The position numbers and the translations under genes were made by a program. The notes under the pieces were generated by a model. That model ran no database searches. It was not told the origin of the DNA and saw only the letters and a list, made by a program, of their open reading frames with translations. Of a stretch of DNA of 34,710 nt, positions 9,083 through 17,828 are shown piece after piece. Within the stretch, counting starts at the first letter, position 1. Each line of letters opens with the position of its first letter. The stretch covers positions 53,217-87,926 of the forward strand of contig JBBTCT010000019.1 of NCBI GenBank assembly GCA_038060895.1, written 5' to 3'. This DNA comes from Planctomycetota bacterium. GTDB taxonomy: Bacteria; Planctomycetota; MHYJ01; WSZJ01.

Positions 9083-9745
9083 ATGCGACGCGTCACAAGC
9101 GCCGCGCTTGTTTCTGTCCTCGCGATCGCAGGATGGGGCTGTTCCTCCCGCACCGTCGTCGTGCACGACGAGCCTCGGCTGGTCTCGGAGGAAGAAATAC
9201 TGGTCGTGGAAATGGAAAACGTGGACGAAGGCTGCGTTCGTATTCGCGCCTTCCGGCAGCGCGACCGCGTTTTCAAACAGGACTACTGGAGGGAGAAGGA
9301 GGTGTCCCGGGAGCTGTTGCCTGCGGGTGGAGAGTCGATTCGTTCGGCATCCGTCGGTGTGGACTGGCCTGAGTCCGGAATTGGCGGCGACGCCTTCGCT
9401 GCCGTTGTCCTTATCGGAGTCTTCGCGGCAATCGTTGTAGTCGCCTGGCCGGTACTCGTCATTTACGCCATCGCGGGAGGGTCGATCGGCCTTGTCAATT
9501 TCGTGGGCGCCGTCGTAGACGATCAGCGCACCACGGTCCGCCGCGTTGAATCCGCCCGCACGACCTGTGCGACCGCCTCGGTGGAGTCTGCCGACACCGC
9601 ACAGACCCTCAACCTCGGCCCGCAACCGGACCACGGATGGATCCTCCTTCCGGAAACCGTGCTCTTCCTCGGCGGTCCCGGCGCGAAGGTCACCGTGCGC
9701 GACGGCAATCTATCGGCCACGGCGACGCTTCCGGGACCCCGCTGA
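9083..9745 (+). CDS. Uncharacterised lipoprotein, paralog 2 of 4 (start 9071 or 9083)
   Basis: Signal MRRVTSAALVSVLAIAGWG|C; RDRVFKQDYW; LGPQPDHGWIL..LGGPGAKVTVRDGNLSATATLP. Confidence 0.8.
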   Translation: MRRVTSAALVSVLAIAGWGCSSRTVVVHDEPRLVSEEEILVVEMENVDEGCVRIRAFRQRDRVFKQDYWREKEVSRELLPAGGESIRSASVGVDWPESGIGGDAFAAVVLIGVFAAIVVVAWPVLVIYAIAGGSIGLVNFVGAVVDDQRTTVRRVESARTTCATASVESADTAQTLNLGPQPDHGWILLPETVLFLGGPGAKVTVRDGNLSATATLPGPR

Positions 9746-9801
9746 TCCCGGCCACTCGATTCATCCCGGGAATGCCGTCTTCGCGCGATACCATGGAGTC
9801 C

Positions 9802-10518
9802 ATGTCGCTGCCGCCTCCAGGTTTCAGTTCCATGCGGCGCTTCGCCATCGCTGCCCTCGCGCTGGCCGCGCTCGCCGGAACGGGCTGCGCGTCGCACGAA
9901 ACGATCACGGTCCACAGCGAGCCCGTCGTCTGCGCTGAAACCGAACTGCTGCTCGTCCTCCAGACTTCGGAGCTCGAAGACGGCCGTGTGGCGCTTCAGG
10001 CCTGGCGCGAGCGCGATCGTGTCGTCGAGCAGGACTTCTGGAAGACCCGGGCGGGCAGGGCCCCGCGAACGACCGTCCTCAATGTGGCAATCGTGGCCGA
10101 AGGGGCGCCGTTCGGCGTGCCGGCCCGCGACAATTCCATCGAAAGTCACCCGGAGGTCGCGGATGCTTTCGGCGAAATGATGGGCTTGGCTCTGGCGGAG
10201 GTGCTCGGGGATGTTGTCGCGGCGATGAAGCGTGCGCTGTGGAGCATCGGCTTGGTATTCCGCGGCAGGACGCCCGTCGAACCGTGGCCGCCCCAGGATC
10301 TCGTGACCCTCCGGAGGCGCGAGACGATTCGAACGGCCAGCGCCCGCCTGATCCTGGCGCGCGCGGACGGTAGCGGCGCCGTGTCGCTGGGAGTTCAACC
10401 GGCCAGTGGCTACGTCCTGGACGCGGCCCTGGTAGAGCAGCTCGGCGGAAGAGGCGCCAGGATCCTGGCCTGCGATCACGAACTCTCCGCGACTGTGGTC
10501 CTCCAGGCGCCCCGCTGA
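9802..10518 (+). CDS. Uncharacterised lipoprotein, paralog 3 of 4 (start 9802 or 9832)
   Basis: Signal MRRFAIAALALAALAGTG|C; RDRVVEQDFW; RRETIRTA; LGVQPASGYVL..LGGRGARIL; TACCAT 7 nt before ATG 9802. Confidence 0.8.
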   Translation: MSLPPPGFSSMRRFAIAALALAALAGTGCASHETITVHSEPVVCAETELLLVLQTSELEDGRVALQAWRERDRVVEQDFWKTRAGRAPRTTVLNVAIVAEGAPFGVPARDNSIESHPEVADAFGEMMGLALAEVLGDVVAAMKRALWSIGLVFRGRTPVEPWPPQDLVTLRRRETIRTASARLILARADGSGAVSLGVQPASGYVLDAALVEQLGGRGARILACDHELSATVVLQAPR

Positions 10519-10530
10519 AGGCCCTGCCCC

Positions 10531-11790
10531 ATGCGAACCCTCTGCGCCCTGGTCGCCGCCGCTTCCCTCGCCTCAGCGGAACCCCTGCTGGCGGATTTCG
10601 AAGCGCCGGACGCGGCGACGGCCTGGACCGCGGACGCAGGTGAGTGGGCGCGGGTCGCCGCACCCGCCCGGTCCGGGACCGGTGCGCTCCGGTGGAAAAC
10701 GCCCAAAGAGGGAACAAAACTCCAGTTCTCCGGGCTAAAGGGCGATCTCACGAAGAACCGCGCAATCCGTTTCTTCGCGTGGCTCGAAGGCACCGTGGAC
10801 CGCGATCTGACGCTGCGCGTCCATTCGAAGGGCGGGGACTTCTGGCGCCGGTTTTCGCTTCGCCCGCAGGTCTGGTCTGAAATCGTGATCCCCTTCTACC
10901 AGTTCCGCGAAGACGCTTCGCCAGACTGGCGCAAGGCGGAGGGGCTCGAGATCGTCGCGCGAAAGCCTCTCTCGGTGGTCCTCGACGACCTGGCGCTCGT
11001 CGAGGGGGGCAACCTTCCGCAGATTGAGCCCTCCCCGGCGCTCGTGGAGCGGATTTTTCCTTCAGGCGAACTGAAAGTCGCGATGAGCGACAACTTCCGC
11101 GTCTTCACGGACGCACCCCTGGAGCCTTCGGCGATCACGGACCGGCTGGAGGAAGGGCTCGCCCGCTTCAGGAAGGTCCTTGGGGTCGAGGACCCGCTCG
11201 AGTGGCCGGTCACGCTGGTCATCCGGCGCACGAAGGAGGAGTACCAGGCCACGGCGGTCGAAACTTCGCGCGACATCTATGGCGGCGAACTCGCCGCGCC
11301 CCAGGCCGGCGGCTTCACGTTTTACGAGTACTCGTTCACCTCGTACGACGAGAAGGCCGGGGCCACCCGCCCCGTCTTCCTCCACGAAGCCTGCCACCAG
11401 CTCGTCTCGCGCCTTCTGAAATTCCGCGGCGCCAATGGCGCAATGTGGATCGAGGAAGGCCTCTGCTACTTCATGCAGAACGAGTTCACGCCGATCGAGA
11501 ACGCGAAGGAAGAAGCGCTGAAGATGCTCGCGAACGAAAAGCGCCCGCGGCTGGCGAGCTTCGACGCCCGGCAGAGGATTGACTCAGGAGCCGAGAATCT
11601 GACGGCATTCCTGGTGACTCACTACATCTTGAAGGGTCCTCACGCCGACAAGTGGAAGGATTTTGTCGAGGCGCTGCGCGAGAACGACACGAACCTCGTC
11701 AAGGCAGTAGAAGACGCGTTCGGGGTGAAACCTGAGACCTTTGAGAAGGAGTACGAGGAGTACACGATCAAATGGGCCGCAGAAAAGTAG
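10531..11790 (+). CDS. Secreted gluzincin (peptidase MA-like) metallopeptidase with N-terminal galactose-binding/CBM-like beta domain
   Basis: Signal peptide MRTLCALVAAASLASA; LADFE..W N-terminal domain with WSEIVIPF and LDDL; HEACH followed by WIEEGL third ligand. Confidence 0.75.
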   Translation: MRTLCALVAAASLASAEPLLADFEAPDAATAWTADAGEWARVAAPARSGTGALRWKTPKEGTKLQFSGLKGDLTKNRAIRFFAWLEGTVDRDLTLRVHSKGGDFWRRFSLRPQVWSEIVIPFYQFREDASPDWRKAEGLEIVARKPLSVVLDDLALVEGGNLPQIEPSPALVERIFPSGELKVAMSDNFRVFTDAPLEPSAITDRLEEGLARFRKVLGVEDPLEWPVTLVIRRTKEEYQATAVETSRDIYGGELAAPQAGGFTFYEYSFTSYDEKAGATRPVFLHEACHQLVSRLLKFRGANGAMWIEEGLCYFMQNEFTPIENAKEEALKMLANEKRPRLASFDARQRIDSGAENLTAFLVTHYILKGPHADKWKDFVEALRENDTNLVKAVEDAFGVKPETFEKEYEEYTIKWAAEK

Positions 11791-11849
11791 CGGTCGAAGA
11801 ACCTGGTTTCGGCCGGTGGAATGGGCCTCGATTCGATTAGCATCCGGTC

Positions 11850-12443
11850 ATGGGTCATCGGTCTGTTTCATACTTCCTGGGAACCCTGCTGCTCATGTTG
11901 TCCGTCGGCTGCGCGGGCGGCGGCCGGTCCGCGGAGGAAGCGCCCCGCGTTTTGGCCGTCTACGACTATCGCCTTTCCGTGCGTGCCGATTCACCAGGAC
12001 CCGGGAAAGCACGGCTCCTCGTTCTCCGCGAGTGGACCAGGCAGCTTGAGCGCGACGCGCGAGTCCCCTCTGGGATGCCAGGCCAACAAGTCGCCAGTGT
12101 CGGGGTCGGAACACCGAATGAGGCCCTCTTCTATGGTTTGGTTTACGTGGTCGCGGGAATCGTCTGGATCGTCATGGAAGTGACCGAGGCCGCTTTCGGC
12201 TGGATGATCCCCGAACCCAGTCCCAACGAAGTGATCCGGTACTTCGAGACGCTTCGGGAACCGGTTCTGAGAGCAACCGTCGCGTCCGCTTCCGGCGGCC
12301 AGGTCTTCGAGCTGGGCATCCAGCCTCTCGACGGGTATCTCCTCGACGAGAAGATGGTGAATGCGCTCGGCGGCCCTGACGCAGAGGTCCTGATCCGCGA
12401 TCGAGAACTGTCCGCGACCATCCGCTTGCCGATCGCGCGCTAA
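11850..12443 (+). CDS. Uncharacterised lipoprotein, paralog 4 of 4
   Basis: Lipobox LMLSVG|C; RYFETLR; LGIQPLDGYLL..LGGPDAEVLIRDRELSATIRLP; TAGCAT 6 nt before ATG. Confidence 0.78.
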   Translation: MGHRSVSYFLGTLLLMLSVGCAGGGRSAEEAPRVLAVYDYRLSVRADSPGPGKARLLVLREWTRQLERDARVPSGMPGQQVASVGVGTPNEALFYGLVYVVAGIVWIVMEVTEAAFGWMIPEPSPNEVIRYFETLREPVLRATVASASGGQVFELGIQPLDGYLLDEKMVNALGGPDAEVLIRDRELSATIRLPIAR

Positions 12444-12467
12444 GGCAGGCGACGCCTGGAGATTGTC

Positions 12468-13676
12468 CTACCTGATGAACGCTTCGGCCTCCGCGATTTC
12501 CTTCTCCGAGAGCGTCTTCGCCAAGTTCGCCGGCCGCGGCGGCACGTAGACGCAGTACGGCTCGCTCGCCAGCACGTCGCCCGTCACGCCGTAGGCGCGG
12601 CTCCTCGACCCGCCGCAGACGTCGCGGAAGTCGCACCAGCCGCACTTCCCTTTCAGCTTCGAATAGTCGCGCATGTCGGTGAAGAGCGGGTCGTTGCGGT
12701 AGATGTCGACGAGCGAGCGCTGGCGGACGTTTCCGCCGGCGACGGGCATGAAACCGCTCGGGCAGACGTCGCCGGTGTGGCCGATGAAGACGAAGCCGTT
12801 GCCGTCGTTGACGCCTTTGGCGGAGCGGCCGACGTCGCCGAGGGAGAAGCCGGGCGTCGCGGAAAGGCGCGTGAAGATCTTCGGGCGGGATGGATCCGCC
12901 GCGCCCTCGGCCGCCATGCGCTGCACCACGACCCGGCGGTAGTGCTGCGCCGCCGTGGTCTTGATGTCGAACGGAAGCGTCTTCGTCCAGTCGTAGATCT
13001 TGTTCAGCATGACTTCGTGTTCGCGCGCGGAGCAGATGTCGCTGCGCAACCCGCGGCCGACCGGAACGAGGAAGAAGACCGCCCAGAGCGCGATGTCGAG
13101 CGTCTTCAGCAGCTCCGCGAGCGGGTCGAAGTCGTCGAAGTTCAGTTTGCAGACGGTCGAGTTGATCTGGACCGGCATGTCGCATTCGCGCGCCCGCTTG
13201 ATCGACGCGATCGTCCAGTCGAACGACCCCGCGACCTTGCGGAACTCGTCGTGCACTTTCGCGTTCGACCCGTCCAGCGACACCGCGAGCCGCGACAGCC
13301 CGTGCTCCTTCAGCCGCTTGATCACCTCCGGCGTCATCAGCCTCGTCCCGCTCGGCGTCAGCGTCGTCCGCAGCCCCTTCGACACCGCGTAGTCGATCAG
13401 CTCGAACAGGTCCGGCCGCTTCAGCGGATCCCCGCCCGTGATCACGAACAGCGGCTGCCCGAATTCCGCGATCTGGTCGATCAGCCGCTTTCCCTCCTCC
13501 GTCGAGAGCTCCCCCGAATCCCGCCAAGGCCGCGCTTCTGCCCGGCAGTGCACGCACGCGAGGTCGCAGGCCTGCGTGACTTCCCAGATGACGATGAAGG
13601 GGTTCTTGTTGAAATCGACGTCGAGCATCGGCGGCTTGCCGGTGCGCGCGCCTTTTTCGGGGGGGAGGAGCTGCAT
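12468..13676 (-). CDS. Radical SAM/SPASM protein (TIGR04053 / AhbD-NirJ-like)
   Basis: WEVTQACDLACVHCRA CxxxCxxC, TGGDPL, SPASM CPSGF and CGWCDFRDVCGGSRSRAY..EPYC. Confidence 0.88.
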   Translation of the reverse strand: MQLLPPEKGARTGKPPMLDVDFNKNPFIVIWEVTQACDLACVHCRAEARPWRDSGELSTEEGKRLIDQIAEFGQPLFVITGGDPLKRPDLFELIDYAVSKGLRTTLTPSGTRLMTPEVIKRLKEHGLSRLAVSLDGSNAKVHDEFRKVAGSFDWTIASIKRARECDMPVQINSTVCKLNFDDFDPLAELLKTLDIALWAVFFLVPVGRGLRSDICSAREHEVMLNKIYDWTKTLPFDIKTTAAQHYRRVVVQRMAAEGAADPSRPKIFTRLSATPGFSLGDVGRSAKGVNDGNGFVFIGHTGDVCPSGFMPVAGGNVRQRSLVDIYRNDPLFTDMRDYSKLKGKCGWCDFRDVCGGSRSRAYGVTGDVLASEPYCVYVPPRPANLAKTLSEKEIAEAEAFIR

Positions 13677-13719
13677 GCGGGGGAGTCTAGGCGCGCGGAG
13701 AGAAACCGTGAAGGGCGAG

Positions 13720-14007
13720 CTACGCCATGAGGTCGAGCACGTAGCCGAGCATCTCGTTCTGCGCCTTGAGTGCCTTGAGATTCATCTTGAAGGCGGCGCC
13801 GGCCTCGATGAAGGTCACGAAGTCGCTGGCCAGGTCGGGTTCGCCCGTTTCGGTGACTCCCGCCGCGCGGACGCCGCCGCCCGCGGTGGTCGCGAGATCG
13901 ACGCGCTGCGACGAATAACCGGGCGTCGTCCCGTTGGCGACGTTGCCCGCGGCCGCGGCGACCTGGAGGGACGCGGCGTTGACGGCAGAAATGGAGGAGG
14001 TGAACAC
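13720..14007 (-). CDS. Mini flagellar basal-body rod/hook-like protein (N- and C-terminal motifs only, 95 aa)
   Basis: AAGNVANGTTPGY (ANNxAN.T.GY motif) and DLASDFVTFIEA..AFKMNLKALK..EMLG.VLDL C-terminal motif; GTG at 14007 with TACCAT 7 nt upstream. Confidence 0.75.
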   Translation of the reverse strand: MFTSSISAVNAASLQVAAAAGNVANGTTPGYSSQRVDLATTAGGGVRAAGVTETGEPDLASDFVTFIEAGAAFKMNLKALKAQNEMLGYVLDLMA

Positions 14008-14032
14008 GCGCCGTATGGTATCAGATTCAGTC

Positions 14033-14779
14033 ATGCCCTTCTCGACCCTCGCCGTCGGCCACTTCGTCCGCGGCCTCTTCGACGACGACACCGACAGGCG
14101 GACGCTGGACCTCGACGGGCAGCAGGTCAGCTCGACGTTTTTCGACCCGCTGCTCGGGGGTGACGAACTGGCGGTCGCGCAGCGCTCGCTCGTGGACGCG
14201 CGTGCTCGCGAATTCGGCGGCTGCGTGCACGTGCGGGCCTGCCCGTCGGCCATCGGCTGGCTTCCTGCGTCCAGGAAACCCGGCGAGGGCGAGACCGGAT
14301 CCTTCGCGAGTTTCGCCGCGACCCTCCCCAGCATCGCCCGCGAGCCGGCGTGGTTTCCGCGCGCCGCCTACGCGCTCTTCCTCACCTCCGTCGGCCTGGA
14401 CCCGGACAAGACGATCGCCACCATCCCTCCGCCGGACGCGCACGACTCCGAGCGCCTCGTCCGCCACGCCTACCTCCCGTTCTTTCCCTTCGGCCGCCTC
14501 CGCCTCCCTGCATGGAAGGAAATCGGCGCGCTCGTCCTCGCACGCGAACTCCGGCCGAAATCCACCGAACTCGAAGACCGCGCCCTGGCCGCCGAACGCG
14601 CGCGCCGCGCGACCGCGGTGATCGCGGACGTCGCCGAAGCGCCGCCCGCCGGCGCGGTCCATCTCGTGGAACACCTGCACCTCCCCGGGTCCCCGGAGTT
14701 CATTGCGCTCGCGATCACTCCAAAGGGCACTGCGTGGGCGCCCGTCGGACGCGGCTGCTGGGGACGGCTCGATCTCTGA
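14033..14779 (+). CDS. Hypothetical protein
   Basis: Strong GC3 codon bias in this frame from ATG 14033; no motif recognised. Confidence 0.6.
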   Translation: MPFSTLAVGHFVRGLFDDDTDRRTLDLDGQQVSSTFFDPLLGGDELAVAQRSLVDARAREFGGCVHVRACPSAIGWLPASRKPGEGETGSFASFAATLPSIAREPAWFPRAAYALFLTSVGLDPDKTIATIPPPDAHDSERLVRHAYLPFFPFGRLRLPAWKEIGALVLARELRPKSTELEDRALAAERARRATAVIADVAEAPPAGAVHLVEHLHLPGSPEFIALAITPKGTAWAPVGRGCWGRLDL

Positions 14780-14798
14780 ACGCAGTGGAGAACAAAAG

Positions 14799-15473
14799 AT
14801 GGGATTGGATATTCACGTCTTGCCGCTCTGGAAATACTTCGCGGGGGACTTCTTGAGCCCCGTCGAGCGTGTCTTTCATGCAACTCAGCGTCTCGGAAAT
14901 CCGAAGCCCGCCGCGGCGAATGAAGAAGCACGCGCCACGGTGAAACGGGTGCAGGAAATGCTCCGAGAATTCTGCACCGGCGACTCGACATGGAAGGACG
15001 AAGGCGACGAAGTATTCTGCGAACAGTACGGATACAACGAATTCCATTTGCTCCGCGCCTACGCGGCTGAATTTGAAGCGCTGAGCGGAAAGCGGCCGGA
15101 TTTCGACGAAACAGCCGATCCAGCAGAAAACCCTCACCTCAAAAAGATCGGCACGGGCGTTTCCAGCGACTACCGCCACCTGATCAAGCACTCCGACAAC
15201 GAGGGATTCTGGCTTCCGATTGCTCTCGACCGGCCGGTTCTCATCGATCCGGACACCTACCTCGTCGCCGGATCATCCTCTTACCTGCTGGCGGAACTGG
15301 ATTCGCTGGCCCCTGCGCTGGGCATGACACGCGACTGGTTGCAACTCGCCAGCGGCGAGTACGCGGCCCCGAAGGACGATCCGCTCGGCCGCACCAAGTT
15401 CAGCTGGTCCGTTCTGCATGCGGCCGCCCGTCTCAGCGTGGAACATGGACTTCCGATCATCTTCGACGGATAA
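14799..15473 (+). CDS. Hypothetical protein (MGLD-start; lower GC than neighbours)
   Basis: GGAG SD, ATG 14799; globular acidic protein ending LPIIFDG. Confidence 0.7.
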   Translation: MGLDIHVLPLWKYFAGDFLSPVERVFHATQRLGNPKPAAANEEARATVKRVQEMLREFCTGDSTWKDEGDEVFCEQYGYNEFHLLRAYAAEFEALSGKRPDFDETADPAENPHLKKIGTGVSSDYRHLIKHSDNEGFWLPIALDRPVLIDPDTYLVAGSSSYLLAELDSLAPALGMTRDWLQLASGEYAAPKDDPLGRTKFSWSVLHAAARLSVEHGLPIIFDG

Positions 15474-15479
15474 CAGGGC

Positions 15480-16136
15480 ATGCCCCGCCCCTTCACCACC
15501 GCCATTGTCGCAATGTCCCTCGACGGCAAAATCGCCACCCGCGACCGCGACGACACCGCGTTTTCGTCCCGCGCCGACCGGCGCTTCCTCAATGAGAAGC
15601 GCGCCCAGTCCGACGCGCTCGTCGTCGGCGCCGGGACCGTCCGCGCCGGCGATCCGCCCATGCGCGTCTCGCCCCGGTCGCTCCTCAAGGACCGCCCCGA
15701 GCCCCTCCGCGCCGTCGTGTCTCGCCTCTGCCTCCTCTCCCCCGACCTCATGGTCTTCGGCCCGGGCTCGAAAACGCTCGTCTTCACCTGCGAGGACGCT
15801 TCCCCCGGCGCCCGCAAAGCCCTCTCCGGCGCCGCCGAAGTGCGCGTCTCGAAAGGCAGCGTAGTCCGCGCTGCGGAGGTGCTCGAAGCGCTCGGCGCGC
15901 TAGGGGCGAAGCGCGTGCTGGTCGAGGGCGGCGGCGAGCTGATCTGGGCGTTTCTCGAGGAGGACCTGCTCGACGAAATCCACGTCACGCTCTGCCCTGT
16001 CGCGATCGGCGGCCAGACCGCGCCGACGCCGGCAGGGGGCGCAGGATTCGACGCGGCGTCGCTGAAGCGCGCGAAGCTTATCGACGTGCGGCGGGAAGGT
16101 GACGAACTGTTCCTGCACTATTCGTTCCGGAGCTGA
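15480..16136 (+). CDS. RibD C-terminal domain reductase (dihydrofolate-reductase-like fold)
   Basis: AMSLDGKIA, DALVVGAGTVR, VLVEGGGEL and DLLDEIHVTLCP. Confidence 0.88.
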   Translation: MPRPFTTAIVAMSLDGKIATRDRDDTAFSSRADRRFLNEKRAQSDALVVGAGTVRAGDPPMRVSPRSLLKDRPEPLRAVVSRLCLLSPDLMVFGPGSKTLVFTCEDASPGARKALSGAAEVRVSKGSVVRAAEVLEALGALGAKRVLVEGGGELIWAFLEEDLLDEIHVTLCPVAIGGQTAPTPAGGAGFDAASLKRAKLIDVRREGDELFLHYSFRS

Positions 16137-16158
16137 GCGGACCGTATACTCCGCCCCC

Positions 16159-16554
16159 GTGAACAAGGTTGCGATCCGGAAGCGGTGGAAGTCCATGAAG
16201 GTCTACGATTTCCTCGGGATCCGCGTCGACTCTGCAGGAGGCGGGAAAGCGCGGCTGAAGCTTCCCTGGCGCGAGGAGCTGACGCAGCCGCTCGGCTATG
16301 TCCACGGCGGCATCATCGCAACGCTCGCCGACGCCGCGGCGGGATGGGCGCTCTTCCCGGAAGTCGAACGAGCCGAGGGCTGCACGACCCTGCAGATGCA
16401 GGTGAACTTCCTCGCCCCCGTCGTGAAGTCCGGCATGGTCGCGACGGCGAAGATCGTCCGCCTCGGCCGCACGACGGCGCTGATGGACGTCGAGGTGAAG
16501 GCAGGCCGCACTCTCTGCGCCAAGGCCCTGGTCACCTACCATATCAAGCGATGA
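16159..16554 (+). CDS. PaaI-family hotdog thioesterase
   Basis: GYVHGGIIATLADAAAG, TTLQMQVNFLAP and LGRT; GTG 16159 lies 8 nt after TATACT. Confidence 0.88.
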   Translation: MNKVAIRKRWKSMKVYDFLGIRVDSAGGGKARLKLPWREELTQPLGYVHGGIIATLADAAAGWALFPEVERAEGCTTLQMQVNFLAPVVKSGMVATAKIVRLGRTTALMDVEVKAGRTLCAKALVTYHIKR

Positions 16555-16955
16555 CCGTTCACGGCGCGATCGCCGTCGTCCGGCGCGGGGGAAGGATCCT
16601 GATCGCGAAGCGCCCCGCCGGAAAGCACCTTGCCGGCTACTGGGAGTTCCCGGGCGGGGCGGTCGAGCCGGGCGAGACGGCCGAGGACGCGGTGAAGCGC
16701 GAACTGCGCGAAGAGACCGGCCTCGAGATCACGATCTCAGGGCGAGCGGACCCCATCGACTGGGACTACGGGCACAAGCAGGTGCATCTCGATGTTTTTA
16801 TTTGCGATGCGCCGGGGACTGAAGAGCCGAGGGCGCTTGGGGGGGACGAGGTCAAGTGGGTCTCTCCCGCTGACCTGAAGGACCACGAATTTCCCCCGGC
16901 GAACGCCGGCCTCGTCCGCCAGCTGGTCACTTCAGCAACCGCAGGTCGAGCCTGA
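16551..16955 (+). CDS. MutT/NudG-like Nudix hydrolase
   Basis: WEFPGGAVEPGETAEDAVKRELREETGL Nudix box and FPPAN; ATGA overlap with thioesterase. Confidence 0.9.
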   Translation: MTVHGAIAVVRRGGRILIAKRPAGKHLAGYWEFPGGAVEPGETAEDAVKRELREETGLEITISGRADPIDWDYGHKQVHLDVFICDAPGTEEPRALGGDEVKWVSPADLKDHEFPPANAGLVRQLVTSATAGRA

Positions 16956-17391
16956 AGCGCTCCGGCGGAAACGTCTTCACCCGGACCGCCTGGGGGTGCA
17001 TGGGGTTGAACAGGAGGTTCGTCGCGTGCGGAGCGACCACGGAAGGCACGCGGAGAAGGGGCGTGCGTTCCTGCTCCAGCCAGCGGCCGCCCAGGGCGCG
17101 CGTCGAGGCCGACGGCGGATTGCGGTTCCAGTTCCGCGGAAGGACGCGCTTATCCAGCTCGCGAATTCGAAGCGAGTCCGGGATTTCGACGCGGATGAGG
17201 GCGAAGTGAAGCAGAACCTGCGCGGGCTCCACGTGGACCCACGTTTCGAGCACCGCCAGCCCCACGCTTTCCGCGAGGTAGACGACACGTTGCCCGCGTT
17301 GATTCCAGCGGCCCGGGTACCGTTTGGCTCCCTCGCCCGTGAATGCCTCGTCGCGCCGCGACCACTTCACAAGCCTCCAGGCGACTATCAC
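16927..17391 (-). CDS. RES-domain toxin (MbcT/ParT-like NAD+-consuming)
   Basis: WRL (R), GEGA..PGRWN, VYLAES..AVLE (E), LRVPSVV (S), NLLFNPMHP; GTGA coupling to antitoxin. Confidence 0.9.
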   Translation of the reverse strand: MIVAWRLVKWSRRDEAFTGEGAKRYPGRWNQRGQRVVYLAESVGLAVLETWVHVEPAQVLLHFALIRVEIPDSLRIRELDKRVLPRNWNRNPPSASTRALGGRWLEQERTPLLRVPSVVAPHATNLLFNPMHPQAVRVKTFPPERFRLDLRLLK

Positions 17392-17828
17392 GCGAGGCTG
17401 CCGTCCTCGATCCGGCCGAGGAGCTCGAGGACCTCATGCGTTCCGGCTTCCGTGCGGCAGAGCGCCAGGGGGATGCGGCCTCCCAGCCCGTATTGCGGCG
17501 CCGCCAGCCACCGTCGCCCGCCGTCGCGGCTCTCCATGACCTCGGCCGCGCGGCCGACGACCTGGGCGAACCGGTAAAGGCGGTCGCTCAGAACGGGATC
17601 CAGGGGAGACGCTTTTTTCTTCTCCGCGCGCGTCAGCGTCCGCATGTGGACGCCCAGGAGCCCCGCGAGCTCCGCCGGAAGAACTCCGGCGATCCTTCCG
17701 ACGCGTCGAAGAGCCGTCCGGGGAAGTCCGCGCGAGATGCGATCGTGGAACTCCATCGGGGTCGACGCGCGGGGGCTCGTGACTCCCAGCATGTCGTTGA
17801 TCGCGGACCTGGCAGGAATGGCGCTCAT
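17388..17828 (-). CDS. Xre/MbcA/ParS-family antitoxin
   Basis: GLP..ALRR HTH with LLGVHMRTL.R, SDRLYR, WLAAPQYGLGGRIPL and VLELLGRIEDG; directly upstream of RES toxin. Confidence 0.9.
   Translation of the reverse strand: MSAIPARSAINDMLGVTSPRASTPMEFHDRISRGLPRTALRRVGRIAGVLPAELAGLLGVHMRTLTRAEKKKASPLDPVLSDRLYRFAQVVGRAAEVMESRDGGRRWLAAPQYGLGGRIPLALCRTEAGTHEVLELLGRIEDGSLA

Noticed and set aside
12468-14007. Radical SAM/SPASM enzyme as a RiPP maturase with the upstream small ORF as precursor
   Set aside because: The enzyme resembles the AhbD/NirJ-like TIGR04053 group, no RRE or transporter is visible, and the small ORF has flagellar rod motifs; each gene also has its own -10 box.
14008-14334. 204-aa version of the flagellar-rod-like ORF
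   Set aside because: The extension overlaps the divergent gene starting at 14033; the motif and -10 spacing favour GTG 14007.
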